From Macrostomum lignano (lineage: Eukaryota), in NCBI GenBank assembly GCA_002269645.1, contig NIVC01003377.1:36999-100998 (forward strand): 64,000 bases of DNA. Direction: 5' to 3'. Under the pieces are notes generated by a model. The model had not been told where the DNA came from. It ran no database searches and saw only the letters and a list, made by a program, of their open reading frames with translations. How positions within the stretch are numbered: position 1 is the stretch's first letter; the number at the start of each line of letters is the position of its first letter. The position numbers were made by a program, and so were the translations under genes. Shown in pieces: positions 39,801-52,444 of this stretch.

Positions 39801-42800
39801 CACCTAGATGGGGGGTTGTACCAGTTTTCCAGCAGTTTCCACGCCATAAAACCAGCTAATATGCTACCTGGATGATGGGCCAGTATAGGCTCCGGCAGTA
39901 GCCCAATGTTTCTTCGCGAAACCTTCTCGGACAGCACTTCAAATTATGTGGCTGCTATCTCCAGCGTTCCCTTCATTGGGCACCAGAAATGAAGTACCTC
40001 CATGAAGTATATTTACCTACTACCAGACTATTCCTGACTTACTAGCAGGGTCAGCGGTATATTTGCTCACTTTTATTGCATTTTTATTTATGCTCATATT
40101 ATTCCGATTGTACCCTAACATATACCAGTAGTACCATTTTTCAAAACCTGTCTTACTATTGTACAATAAGCCAAAATTTAAATTTACATTTTGTTGTATA
40201 GAGACATCTTTCTGCACTATGGGTATGCATGCACTATTAGGCCTATACTATCTAGATCCTAGTTGACACTAGCTTTATTGCAATGCCAATAGCAGTTTGC
40301 TAAAATAAAATTTTATAGACACTTACTATTATAAAATGATCTCATATTAATAATTCACATAATATATCATCATTACTTATAAGACATATTTCTTATACAT
40401 ATATCACCAATTTTAACATTTGCATTAGAGAACTACCTTCTTGTACTTTTATTATACAATCTTCAAAAAACAAAACTTATAAGTTTATTTGAGTTTTTAA
40501 AAGATAGAAACATCTATAAAAGCACAAATTATTCATATATAGCCTTATTTTTAATAAAATTATTTGTTAAAATGGTAACAATGACTATAATAAAAATGAT
40601 AGAAAAGCTCTAATAATGTATTTATTAACTTTAAGTATCTTATATTACATTCTATAATGCTACAGCATATGTACCATTCTTTTTAAGGGTTTATTTGTTT
40701 ATCACTTTCATTATTATTGACAACATGTATTTTGTAGTTTGTTTGCAATAAATATACTGTACTCTATGTAAGTTTATCACTTAAGCATACAAATTTCTAT
40801 AAGGATTTAAAAATTGCATTTTACTCAGCTTCTATAAAGCAATTTGGAAAATTCTTTTTTTCCTACATATACACCACAATGATACATATTTAAGTGTAAT
40901 TTCATTCTTCTTTGTTGCCTCATAAGCCTATAGGAAGCATTTCATTTGGATGCTAGGTTCACATTTTGTGGTACCATTTTTTACCCAAAAATTTTAAGTC
41001 CTTATTGGCATATTACATACATTAATACTATGCAAGTTGATTTTTAAATGAAAGAAAAAAGTTTAAAGATTATTTGCAACAAGGAATTAGCAGTATATTT
41101 ACTTTTAGAGAAAGATGTTTGCTAGCAAACTTTGCACTTAAATTAATATGAATTTTTGCGAGTTTATATGGTTTTTAAAAAACTTAGAAATCCTTAGAAA
41201 TCTTTCATCTTTTTGAATAAAATAAAAAGTAAAACACAGAATATTTTCTGTTTTGTAAGTAGTAAAAAAATTAGCCTTCTCTAAGGTCTACAAGTCTTAA
41301 AATTATTTGCTTATTAATGAAAAAAAGTGAAACAAAAATTGCAAATTTTGGACTTAGAGTCTAAGTTAGACTTTCAAAATGCTTTTTTGTGGTTTTTTAC
41401 TCTTTTTTCAACATGCTAAAGACTTATCTGTCTTTCAAGAAGCTTTTTAGATACATTACCTTCCATTCAATGTCTGCAGATTTGTTCTAGGCCTATTGTT
41501 TTATCAACACATTTTAGGATTTTGCCTAATATTATATTTTTTATATATTATTTTTAAAATGATTCTATATATCATTTTCCAAAAAAGCTTTCAATATACA
41601 AATATATCTTGAAGCAATAAACTATATAGACATGGTTAGGATCATCCTACATCAAAAGCTTTCCTATTCCATATTTTTATAACAATAGATATTAAAAAAT
41701 TAATTAGGTAGGCCAATACTAGTCCCTAATCTTTTTAGGATATTGCAAATAGAAATAAAAGGTACATGAATTAAGCCTTCAGATGTTTCTGCCTACCTGC
41801 ATGCTGTCATAGCATTTTTAGAGTTTAGAAGAAAAATGTGCAAAAATGAAAAAAAAAGTTTTTAATTCAGACTGAGTAAAGTCAACCAAAGGCAAATTAT
41901 ATTTATAAATTTATTAGGCCTATGAAATTTAAAATCACAATATGGCTAGGAGACAATGTGGGTCATGCTATAGATTGAATTTTACATAGATTAGGCCCTA
42001 TAGTATAAGAAGATAGTAAGGCTTATACAAAACAGACTGGCAAGTGGCAATAGGCCTACAGGCCTCAAGTGTCAATAATGTCAATGAAAAGTTTATTAAA
42101 TGTAAAAGCACACGAGGCAAGATAGCTAGCTAGCTCACCCTGTTCTGTTCTGTCCCTAGGCTGACCCTGCTAGCTCGCCTCAACCTTTTGATCGATCAAA
42201 TATAAGCTACCCGGCGATATATTGCTTTACAAATGCACAGACTACGTCGGTTATATTTCTAATAAAGCTGAATTTTAAAACGTGAAAGCATGTGGATGTC
42301 AATCAAAGGGAAAGGGTTGTGGGTTGATATCTTTAGTGGCATTAAGTTTCTCAAATTTACTTAATAGCAATATTTTTGGATCTTTGAGTCCTTGTAATTT
42401 ATATTTTCCTTTTATGAAAACATGCCAATCCATATTTTATTCGATAGAATAAGTTACCGAAAAGCTAGACTAGACCACAGGTATCTATCTTATCTATCTA
42501 GGTATTCTATAGTAGAGTGTAGGGTAAAAGACTACCCTGCATGAGAGAAAAAGGAATACAATCACTTTCAATGGTTATTTACATGGTATATTCAATTCAA
42601 TTCATTGTTTCGCCCCTTGTCTACTTGAGTGATTCATAGTTGGTTTGCACAATTAGCTGTGGACTGTTAGCTTTCTGTCAAATACGAGCAACAGACCAAC
42701 AGTCGATCTTCATTTCTGTCGCAGCCGTCGAGTGAATCGCAAGCAAAAAATTAAAAATTTTCTCTCGTATAGGGTACGGCACAAATACGTTCGGGATTAG

Positions 42801-43241
42801 TTGAGAGCCTGTTTTCTGGTGAAAAATTAATGGTAGCAGAATTCAAGTATGATCGATGATTTTACAGGGCGCCTTCTCACCAGGCCAAGGTCTGAACTGC
42901 TGAAAGTTCAAAGAGTCTTGTTCGTAGTGCAGCGAGAGTGATAGCAAAATTTGATTCACACTTTAAAAAACCTTTATATTTGAAACTACATTTAACCAGC
43001 ATTTCTGTTGACAAGGCGTATTTGTTTGACGTTTGTAAAAATGCGCATTAAAAATGGCAAAAATGCAGTACAGACTGAATAGTAAGCTTTCTGTAAAATA
43101 TTGTACATGCGCTCTTAGCGAAGGAGATAATGCCAAGTTTTTGTATTTTACTAAATAAATAAACAATCGCAGGTTTGCGCTGCCTTGCATTGAAAATGAC
43201 GCAAGAGGCGTTTCAGACCTGTCTCACAACTGCTAAGCCTG

Positions 43242-45121
43242 CTAAATGAATCCGAAGTTCCTTCCCTGCTGCTGAAAGCTGCCCATCTCCGAGCCCCAGT
43301 TGCCCCCGAACCCTGCGCCGCCGAAATCCGCACCGGACTTCTGCCTCGCCGGGCTCAGGCCGTCCAGTTCAAAGTCCATTGAGTCGTCTTGAAGGCTGCC
43401 ACTGCTGCCGCCAATGCCGCCAAGGCTGTCTCTACCGAGGCCGCTGCCGAGACCGCTGCCGAGACCGTTACCCAGACCGTTGCCGAGGCCGCTGTCGAGG
43501 CCGCTATCGAGCCCGGTGTCGAGGCCGCTGTCAAGGCCACTGTCGAGACCTCCACCGCCGCCGCCCCCGCCGACACCACCGCCTCGACCCATGAAGGCTG
43601 AATTGAAGTTGTTGAAGGAACTGAAGCCGCCATTGCCTTCAAAGCCGGGTCCAGCATCATGTTCTGTGGATAAGTTGGTGGGACGTCCAGATCGCCCCAG
43701 TTCTCAGGCAGCTCCCATTCGTCCTTGTCATTCACGGGGTCCTGCTGGACAATCTTGGCAAAGTTGGCCACGGGGTCCACCCAGCCGCTGTCCATGTTGG
43801 CCGGCCAGTTCTCCAGTCCGCCGGACATGTTCGGCCAGGCGGAGTCCAAGTTGCTAAAGTTTGGCGGCGGCGGTCCGAACTCGTCGTCCTGACCTTCGCC
43901 GACCGGGTCGTCGAACATGGAGGCGCCGAACCGGCTGTGCTGGCTTTGAGGCGGGTAGCCCGACGCAGCAAGGGCTGGACCATTCCGCTGAGGGTCTTGA
44001 GCCGGCAGCTGCTGCATCTGCGGCATCTGGGGCATCATCATCGGATTGCCCTGAACACCGGGCGGAATGTGCGGCTGCGGCTGCGGTTGCTGTGGCTGCG
44101 GCTGCGGCTGTGGCGGCGGCGGCGGCGGCGGCGGCTGCGGCTGTTGTGGGGGCGGCGGCTGCGGAGGTGGCGGAGGCTGCGTCGCGGGCTGCACTGGAGT
44201 CGACCTCACCGGTGTCTGCTGGACAGCAGCGGCTGGCGGACGGCAATTCATGGGTGGCGCTGCTGTCGGATACTGGCTGACCGGTGCCCGGTCCCCACCT
44301 GGGTACCTGTCTGCGCACCTTTGCTCCTCTTCCTGTCGGTAAGGAGCTCGCGAGTCCTGGAAGCGGCTGGGCCGACTGTCCGGGTACCCGCTGCGCTGGT
44401 TGTCTGCGCACCTTGGCTCCTGTTCCGGCGGGTAGGGAGGCCGCGAGTCCTGGAAGCGGCTCTGCCAGCTGTCTGGATACCTGCCACGCTGGTTGTCTGC
44501 GCATTTTGGCTCCTGCTCATGTTGATAGGGAGCTCGCGAGTGCTGCTGACTGTCCGGGTACCCGCTGCGCTGGTTGTCTGCATATCTTGGCGCCTCTTCC
44601 TGTGAGTAGGCAGCTCGCGAGTCCTGGTTGCGGCTCTGCGGCGGATACCTGCCGTCTTCTGCCCACCTGGCGCCTCCGCCGGAGCTCAAATTGCGCTGAT
44701 CGTCCAGCTCCGGATTCCTGGTGCGCCGATCTTCGGGCGCCTGCGAGCAGTTCGAGTTGGTGTCCAGGCGCCTGCTGCCACCTCCGCACGAGGCCGTGCT
44801 GGCGCTGTCGCTCACCGCGTTGCCCACCGTCCAGGTGGGGAAGACGAAGGCCGACTGGTGGCTGCTGATTGACGCAGCCCGGTGGGAATAGACCGAAGTT
44901 GACTGCGTCCAGCTGTCGGGCTCAGCCTCCCAGGCGCGTCTGAAGGACTTTCGCTGCTGCTGCATCTGAGGCGGAGGCTGCGCCGCGGCCAAGGTGTCCC
45001 GACTGCCGCTGGACGACCTGCTGGACGGCGTGCCGCGCAGCCAGGAGGGCCCGCCCATCCGGCGCAGCGTGGAGTTGCCGTTGGAGGTGTTGCTGCTGAA
45101 GCTGCGCATCGAGTGCGACAT
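43242..45121 (-). CDS. Orphan Ser/Pro/Gln/Gly-rich protein with 26-aa internal repeats; probable frameshift near 43660
   Basis: 588-codon ORF 45121-43355 with host-like codons; a second frame (43703-43242) gives a more natural Gly/Phe/Asn-rich C-terminus; CTAACCAG acceptor just upstream of the ATG. No family recognised. Confidence 0.6.
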
Positions 45122-45769
45122 GGCCCCACCCTGGTTAGTGGAACTCTGTCTCCTACCGAGATAATCTTAGCTGAGTTCAGCTTAGCCTAAAAGCTCAAAA
45201 TAACATGGCCTGTAGCCACACGCTATAGTCTATGGCCAGAATTTGGGTGAGTGCTAAGGCTCTTATCATTTTACTATATGTATCTCCAGCTGAGGAAGGA
45301 AGCTTCTATGGTGATTGATTGACTACCGCAAACTTGCAGAGTCCGTCTCTCCATCCACTGCATGCAACACTCAAAAATATTCTACACTGCAGCCACACTT
45401 TCAAAAGACAGCTCCCGCGTCACGCGGCTAATCTGCTCAAGATCGGCTACGAGCGAGTCACCAACGCAGCTCTGCATCGGCCTGATCCGTCCCAGCAATC
45501 TGTTGCGCCGTCGGCAACTCCACTGGCAGACAACATCATCCGCGCCGAGACGCACTGCCCACAGCCGGCGTGCAAGAAGCTCTGCTGCCCATTTCCCCAT
45601 TTATAATATTTGGACACTTCGAATCAATAATGGCTTTGGAAGTGGAAGGACAATATGCGTTTTTATTGTGTTGCGAAATGTTGTTACTAACAGTAGCACA
45701 TTTTAGGTTGCCTTGCAAGTCGAGAATCATGAATGACTCAATTAATCATTGCGTTCACCAACGTATGCA

Positions 45770-46088
<319 letters not shown>

Positions 46089-46760
46089 ACGGCAGCCAGA
46101 AGCACCGCAGAGCGGCCGAGACGCGGGTCTGCAGCGGCTATCAGGAGAAAAACTTAAAAAGATCCGCAGCCTTCATAAACAGCCGCACCAGCCTCCGGCA
46201 TAAAATGCTCCCATTTTAAAATGTGGAGGCAGAGCCGCAGCAGCCCCCGCAGCCTCCAAGAAAATCCGCTGCAGAATCCGCCGCAGCTCTTAATGGCCGC
46301 GGCCTCAGGCCTGTTTGCTTATTGTTTTTAATCAATTCCGCGCCATGGCTGAGCGGGGCCGCTGCCCCCCCCCCTTGTTCCCCCACCCCGATAAGCCGCA
46401 AGCGGCTTCCCCAGCAGGAGCCGCCCCTCAGCGACCTTATCGCTCCTCCTTTGCCAGTTGAATTTGTTTTTCAAACCCGAAAACGGCCTCCCAAACTTAC
46501 CTGGCCGGGCTTTGCAATGCTTGCAAAACTTCGGCTTCGCGATGGGTCCCCCCGGCCCCAGATTGGGATAAGCAGAGCCGGGCGCCATGCAGCTCCCCGT
46601 CTGCCCGTGCCGCCTCCTCTTCAATTTTAGGGGCCGAATGCAGAAGTTTCTTGCGCTTTTTTGCATTGCTGGATTTACAAATGTCTTTCGTCTGTGCTTT
46701 AGGAAAGTTTTGGCGGAGCAAATGTTAAAAAATTGCAGTGGAGCTGGGCTGTCCATTTTG

Positions 46761-47756
46761 TTCCTGCATTCACTGGGGGATAGATTAGCAATCCATTACA
46801 CTCCTGCATTCACTGGGGGATAGATTAGCAATCCATTACACTCCTGCATTCACTGAGTGATAGATTAGCAATCCATTACACTCCTGCATTCACTGGGGGA
46901 TAGATTAGCAATCCATTACACTCCTGCATTCACTGAGTGATAGATTAGCAATCCATTACACTCCTGCATTCACTGGGTGATAGATTAGCAATCCATTACA
47001 CTCCTGCATTCACTGAGTGATAGATTAGCAATCCATTACACTCCTGCATTCACTGAGTGATAGATTAGCAATCCATTACACTCCTGCATTCACTAAGTGA
47101 TAGATTAGCAATCCATTACACTCCTGCATTCACTAAGTGATAGATTAGCAATCCATTACACTCCTGCATTCACTGGGGGATAGATTAGCAATCCATTACA
47201 CTCCTGCATTCACTGGGGGATAGATTAGCAATCCATTACACTCCTGCATTCACTGGGGGATAGATTAGCAATCCATTACACTCCTGCATTCACTGAGTGA
47301 CAGATTAGCAATCCATTACACTCCTGCATTCACTGGGGGATAGATTAGCAATCCATTACACTCCTGCATTCACTGGGGGATAGATTAGCAATCCATTACA
47401 CTCCTGCATTCACTGAGTGACAGATTAGCAATCCATTACACTCCTGCATTCACTGGGGGATAGATTAGCAATCCATTACACTCCTGCATTCACTGGGGGA
47501 TAGATTAGCAATCCATTACACTCCTGCATTCACTGAGGGATAGATTAGCAATCCATTACACTCCTGCATTCACTGGGTGATAGATTAGCAATCCATTACA
47601 CTCCTGCATTCACTGAGGGATAGATTAGCAATCCATTACACTCCTGCATTCACTGGGGGATAGATTAGCAATCCATTACACTCCTGCATTCACTGGGGGA
47701 TAGATTAGCAATCCATTACACTCCTGCATTCACTGGGTGATAGATTAGCAATCCAT
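46761..47756. repeat. 40-bp minisatellite, 25 units (CTCCTGCATTCACT[GGGGGA]TAGATTAGCAATCCATTACA)
   Basis: Head-to-tail units with variation confined to a ~7-nt window; no unique spacers. Confidence 0.98.
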
Positions 47757-49534
47757 AGACAGCCACACAAATTTCTGTACAGACAGATGAGTCGTGAAGC
47801 GCTCTATCAGTTCTCAGCATCAGGACATAAATTCTGAGTTAATTAATAACCCGAGCTCATCCAGAGTCGAGCCGCTGCCAGCCCGAGGCCTGAGCAGCCT
47901 CTTATTAAGCTTAGTGACCGAGCACGCCAGCCTTTAAGGCCCGTTAAAGCAGAAAATCAAGTCGAATTCGATGCTTGATAGCGGGAGATTTCCTGTCAGT
48001 CAAGCGGGACCGGGACTTCGTCCCCCTCGTTCCGTGTTGACTTTTCACCTTGAGCAAACAGTTGAAGCAGATTTCATATATTGGCTGGGACTGTTGCAAT
48101 AACAATCAATATGAATGAGGCCCTGTTTGTACGCCTGTCCCCCTCGTTTTGACAAATGAGTTAAAGTGGATTAATACAGCACCGCTGCCCAAGATGTTAA
48201 TTAGAGCTCAGAAAGCTGTTTGAGCTCCGGCAACTTTGATATCGCTCTCGGTGATCGCGGATGGAGCGCACCCCCCCCCTCAGACTCTGTGTGTGGACAG
48301 GCCCACGGCAAACACTGGGGCCAAAAATTGAGAACACTCGATCTTGCTATTGAGAGACATGAGCAAACAGAGCTGAGTTGTAATCAAATTTAAATCAGCT
48401 CAACTCTCCTCGAGTCTGCGAGTAGAAACCCCCCCTCAGCCTGAGCACACGCTTCACCTTCGAGTCCGCTCCGCCCACAGCTCTCGAAGCATTATTGATT
48501 CGCCGGGCGAATTCCAAGGTCTGAGATCCCGAGATCTCCCGCATCCCCATCTGCCTTTCTCAACTCCCATTGTGGCCGAAATGTAGGGAATTGAAAAACA
48601 GGGCGATGGGAATCTGAAATCTGGGACAGCACCTTGAGTTCGAGCCGCCGTGTTTTTGGGACTCGGATACATCGCGGGCGGCTCGTAATTGATGGCTTTG
48701 AGTTCGACTTAAAAACTGAAAACTTTCCTCCAGCCGCTCGGAGCCATCAGGCCTGATTGATTCGGCCGAACCCCGAATCCGGACAGGGCCGGCCGGGTTT
48801 CAAAAAACAGCGAAACCCGCGGACTTGATTGAGAGGCCCGCCATCAATTCGGCCTCCTCCCCAGATGCCGACTGAATTTTTGTTTAACTATATACCTCCA
48901 TGCGCTGCAAAAAAGTTCCTTAAGTCCCGACTCCCGTGCGGCTGGGAGACTGATGAAGCGGAGAAGCTGCGCACCGGAGGCCCAGGATGGCAAGGTGGCT
49001 TGATGGCGCTGCTGCTGACCGAGGTGGCGTCACCCCCGTGCCCTCGGGTTTGAAATTTTTCTGTCCGATTCCCGAATCAAATGATGAATCTGTTCCCACT
49101 TCCTGGGCATAGCAACCGCATAGCAACCGCCCGCCCGTACAATATCTCCCCTTGGCAGCCGAGAGAAATGCTGTTTAAAAACCACTTTCTGCCGCGGCTG
49201 TGAGGGTCGGCGGCCTCCCCGCTGCCCTCTCCTCTACTTCCCATCCCCTTATTTCTTTCATTTTTCTTTCCATCCCAGCCAGCAGATCCAAACACAGCCG
49301 TGGCTGCCCCCTTTTTCTTATTTTTTTAAAATAGCTGCAATTAAAACTGCCAATCACTCCGCGCCGCCCTCGGCCTGCAGGCTGTCAGGGCGCGATGGAG
49401 CCGAAGAAATCATTTTTTGCTGCCGATGCAGCTTCTTCAAATTTCGCGGTTGCCATTTTTTAAATATCGGCTGGCCTGCGCCGCGAGCACTTTTAAATAT
49501 TTAATGCCTGCCTGCCAGCTGCCGGTAGAAGCTG

Positions 49535-50092
49535 TGTGACTAAACCTGTGTGACTGAACCTGTGTGACTGAACCTGTGTGACTGAACCTGTGTGACTGAA
49601 CCTGTGTGACTGAACCTGTGTGACTGAACCTGTGTGACTGAACCTGTGTGACTGAACCTGTGTGACTGAACCTGTGTGACTGAACCTGTGTGACTGAACC
49701 TGTGTGACTGAACCTGTGTGACTGAACCTGTGTGACTGAACCTGTGTGACTGAACCTGTGTGACTGAACCTGTGTGACTGAACCTGTGTGACTGAACCTG
49801 TGTGACTGAACCTGTGTGACTGAACCTGTGTGACTGAACCTGTGTGACTGAACCTGTGTGACTGAACCTGTGTGACTGAACCTGTGTGACTGAACCTGTG
49901 TGACTGAACCTGTGTGACTGAACCTGTGTGACTGAACCTGTGTGACTGAACCTGTGTGACTGAACCTGTGTGACTGAACCTGTGTGACTGAACCAGTGTG
50001 ACTGAACCTGTGTGACTGAACCTGTGTGACTGAACTGTAGGGCGCTGAACTGTAGGGCGCTGAACTGTAGGGCGCTGAACTGTAGGGCGCTA
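49535..50092. repeat. 14-bp minisatellite (TGTGTGACTGAACC) followed by four 15-bp units (GCTGAACTGTAGGGC)
   Basis: About 36 + 4 tandem copies abutting the LINE RT fragment. Confidence 0.97.
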
Positions 50093-50870
50093 GCCCAGAT
50101 CAGGCCGCCATACGAGATAGCGGGCCTAACCATTGCAGTGTAGATCCACCAGAGGCGCTTGGGGGTGAGCCCCCAGGTGGTGCCGACAGCCCTGCGCAGT
50201 TGCGCGAGGACTGCGAGGGCCTTCTTGGCTTTTTCTTGAAGGTGGGGTGACCAGTTCAGCCTGTGGTCCAGGGTAATACCCAGACATTTAGTCTGCGTGC
50301 AGAAGGGGATTTCCCTTCCGTAAAGCGTGAGCGGCCGAATCTGCCACTTGGTCCTGCTGGTGAACATGACCGCTGCGGTCTTAGTCTCAGAGAGCTTTAG
50401 ACCACAGCGGTCCGCCCATTGCTCAGCGGCGTAGATAAAATTCTGAAGAAGGTCCCTGAGGGTGTCGGGGGACGGACCAGATGCCACCGCGGTGACAGCG
50501 TCCGCATATCCAACTTTCAGAATGGGGTCAGGCCGAACATCCCGGAGGAGCTCATCGATGAACCATGTTCCAGAGAACTGGAGACAGCACCCCACCTTGC
50601 GGGCTGCCTTTGCAGACGGGAACCGTCCTCTGGTAGCCCAGCAGACTGGCGGTGGCCGAGCGATGGCTGATCATGTACATGATCCATCTGGTGAGATGTG
50701 AGTGCGTTTGCCTCTAGCTCCTCACAGTATTGACGCCATTTTTGAGCCTTTGCATTCCTAACCTGCCTTTTAAACTCATGGATTGCTTCATCATAGGCGG
50801 TTTGGTCCGCTGGGCTCTTAGTTTTAGTAGCTCTGCGGTGGAGTCTCTTAGCTCTGCGACGGAGGTTGAG
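50090..50870 (-). mobile_element. Internally deleted LOA/R1-type LINE reverse-transcriptase fragment
   Basis: ILKVGYADAVT (degenerate YADD), KLSETKTAAVMFT, KCLGITLDHRLNW..H, WGLTPKRLWWIYTAMVRPAISYG..IW; upstream piece LRRRAKRL...FKRQVRNAK...WRQYC typical of the APE-RT linker. Confidence 0.8.
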
Positions 50871-51163
50871 ACAATGAGGCTGAGACCCTGACAAAATGAG
50901 GCTGAGACCTCACACAATGAGGCTGAGACCCTGGCACAATGAGGCTTTCAACCGGACACAATGAGGCTGACACAATGAGGCTGTCAACCGGACACAATGA
51001 GGCTGACACAATGAAGCTGACACAATGAGGCTGACACAATGAAGCTGACACAATGAGGCTGACACAATGAAGCTGACACAATGAGGCTGACACAATGAGG
51101 CTGACACAATGAGGCTGACACAATGAGGCTGACACAATGAGGCTGACACAATGAGGCTGACAC
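50868..51163. repeat. 14-bp minisatellite (GACACAATGAGGCT)
   Basis: About 20 tandem copies at the other end of the LINE fragment. Confidence 0.93.
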
Positions 51164-52220
51164 CCTGATCATGCCAGGTGCAGGAGCAGCGGAGGCGGAG
51201 AGGCCGCAGTTCCAGTTTCAGCCCGGGGGGCCGCAGCCGCCGAGGTCTCAGCAGTTGTAGCGAAGCACCGAGCGGCTCTCAATGAATTTTTGAGTTTCAT
51301 GCGTCATCCTTAAAAAAGTAAATTAAAAAGACGGGAAGCTGAAAGTCGCGATGCTTCGCTACAAACTGCATGGGAGTCCTGAGCTCCTCACTGAGGCTGC
51401 TATAATCCCCCCTGTGAGGGGATGAGCTAATTAATTTTTGGTCCCGAAGTGGGGACGCGAGTTCTAAGCCTGTTATGGGATAAAAATGAGTAACTGGCTG
51501 ACATATCCGAGAGGCCGGTTTGAAATCAAATCCTTTGAATTGGAGCGGTTGGAATAGCAAAAAAACTGCAACAGTTTGTGTTTACTTAATAGCTTTCAGC
51601 TGCGTGTGTAATATGCATATAGCAGATTAATAATAAATAATAATATGAGCTATTTATGAATATGATATTCGGAGTTCGGACACCAGGGTGCTGCATCTAA
51701 CTGGCTTGCGGCAACAACAGGGAAAGCGGGGCCAGGTGATGAAGCCCGGGAGGCTGGAGCTCACGGGATCTCCATCTCAGATTTAGCCGGGTGCGAGAGG
51801 ACCGCTAGGATCTGTGGGAGAATTTATTGCTCTAGTCGACGGTCGGAGGTCGGGGGGGACGGCGGAGTTAGCGGAGAGGTCGCGTGCAGTTGCACAAGCC
51901 GATGATTATAACAAAGGAAAAAAACAGCCAGTCAGTCGAGACGGACTGGAGTTCGAATCAGGTGCACAACAGTCAGAGTTCGGACTCAATGGCTAAATAA
52001 AAACTAGACAAGCAAAGTGTACAAAGCTGAGAGAGAGATTACGAGAGTTGCTATGCAGGCAGTTTGAAAGAGGACAGAATTTGCCTGGGTTTAACTGGGC
52101 TTCCTTCCGTGCGGTTTCTGTCTCTAATATTGCTTTCGGTGCGTCGGTCTATACAGTGCTTTGACCTGCTCGAGTCGGCAAGACTGTCAGCTGTGATCAC
52201 TTTTTAGCAAATAAAAAACA

Positions 52221-52394
52221 GTCGAGGTCAACTGAGGTCAGCCGAGGTCAACTGAGGTCAGTCGAGGTCAACTGAGGTCAGTCGAGGTCAACTGAGGTCA
52301 GCCGAGGTCAACTGAGGTCAACCGAGGTCAACTGAGGTCAGCCGAGGTCAACTGAGGTCAGCCGAGGTCAACTGAGGTCAGCCGAGGTCAACTG
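52221..52394. repeat. 20-bp (2x10) tandem repeat carrying 17 AGGTCA hexamers at 10-bp spacing
   Basis: (G/A)(T/C)CGAGGTCA-ACTGAGGTCA units directly visible. Confidence 0.95.
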
Positions 52395-52444
52395 GTGTCG
52401 AATTAGAAATTAGGTCAGGCCAGTGTCAGCTGAGGCCGCCGCTC

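Noticed and set aside
40200-42200. AT-rich block as possible organellar insertion or gene
   Set aside because: No ORF over 60 aa apart from a marginal one at its edge, and no tRNA/rRNA-like motifs; treated as ordinary intergenic DNA
45319-45606. Plus-strand 95-aa ORF with a Cys-rich end ([14 protein letters not shown])
   Set aside because: No ATG start, no recognisable domain and no linked exons found; could be an exon but unsupported
46761-47756. CRISPR array
   Set aside because: Units are head-to-tail with only a few variable bases, there are no unique spacers or cas genes, and the context is eukaryotic
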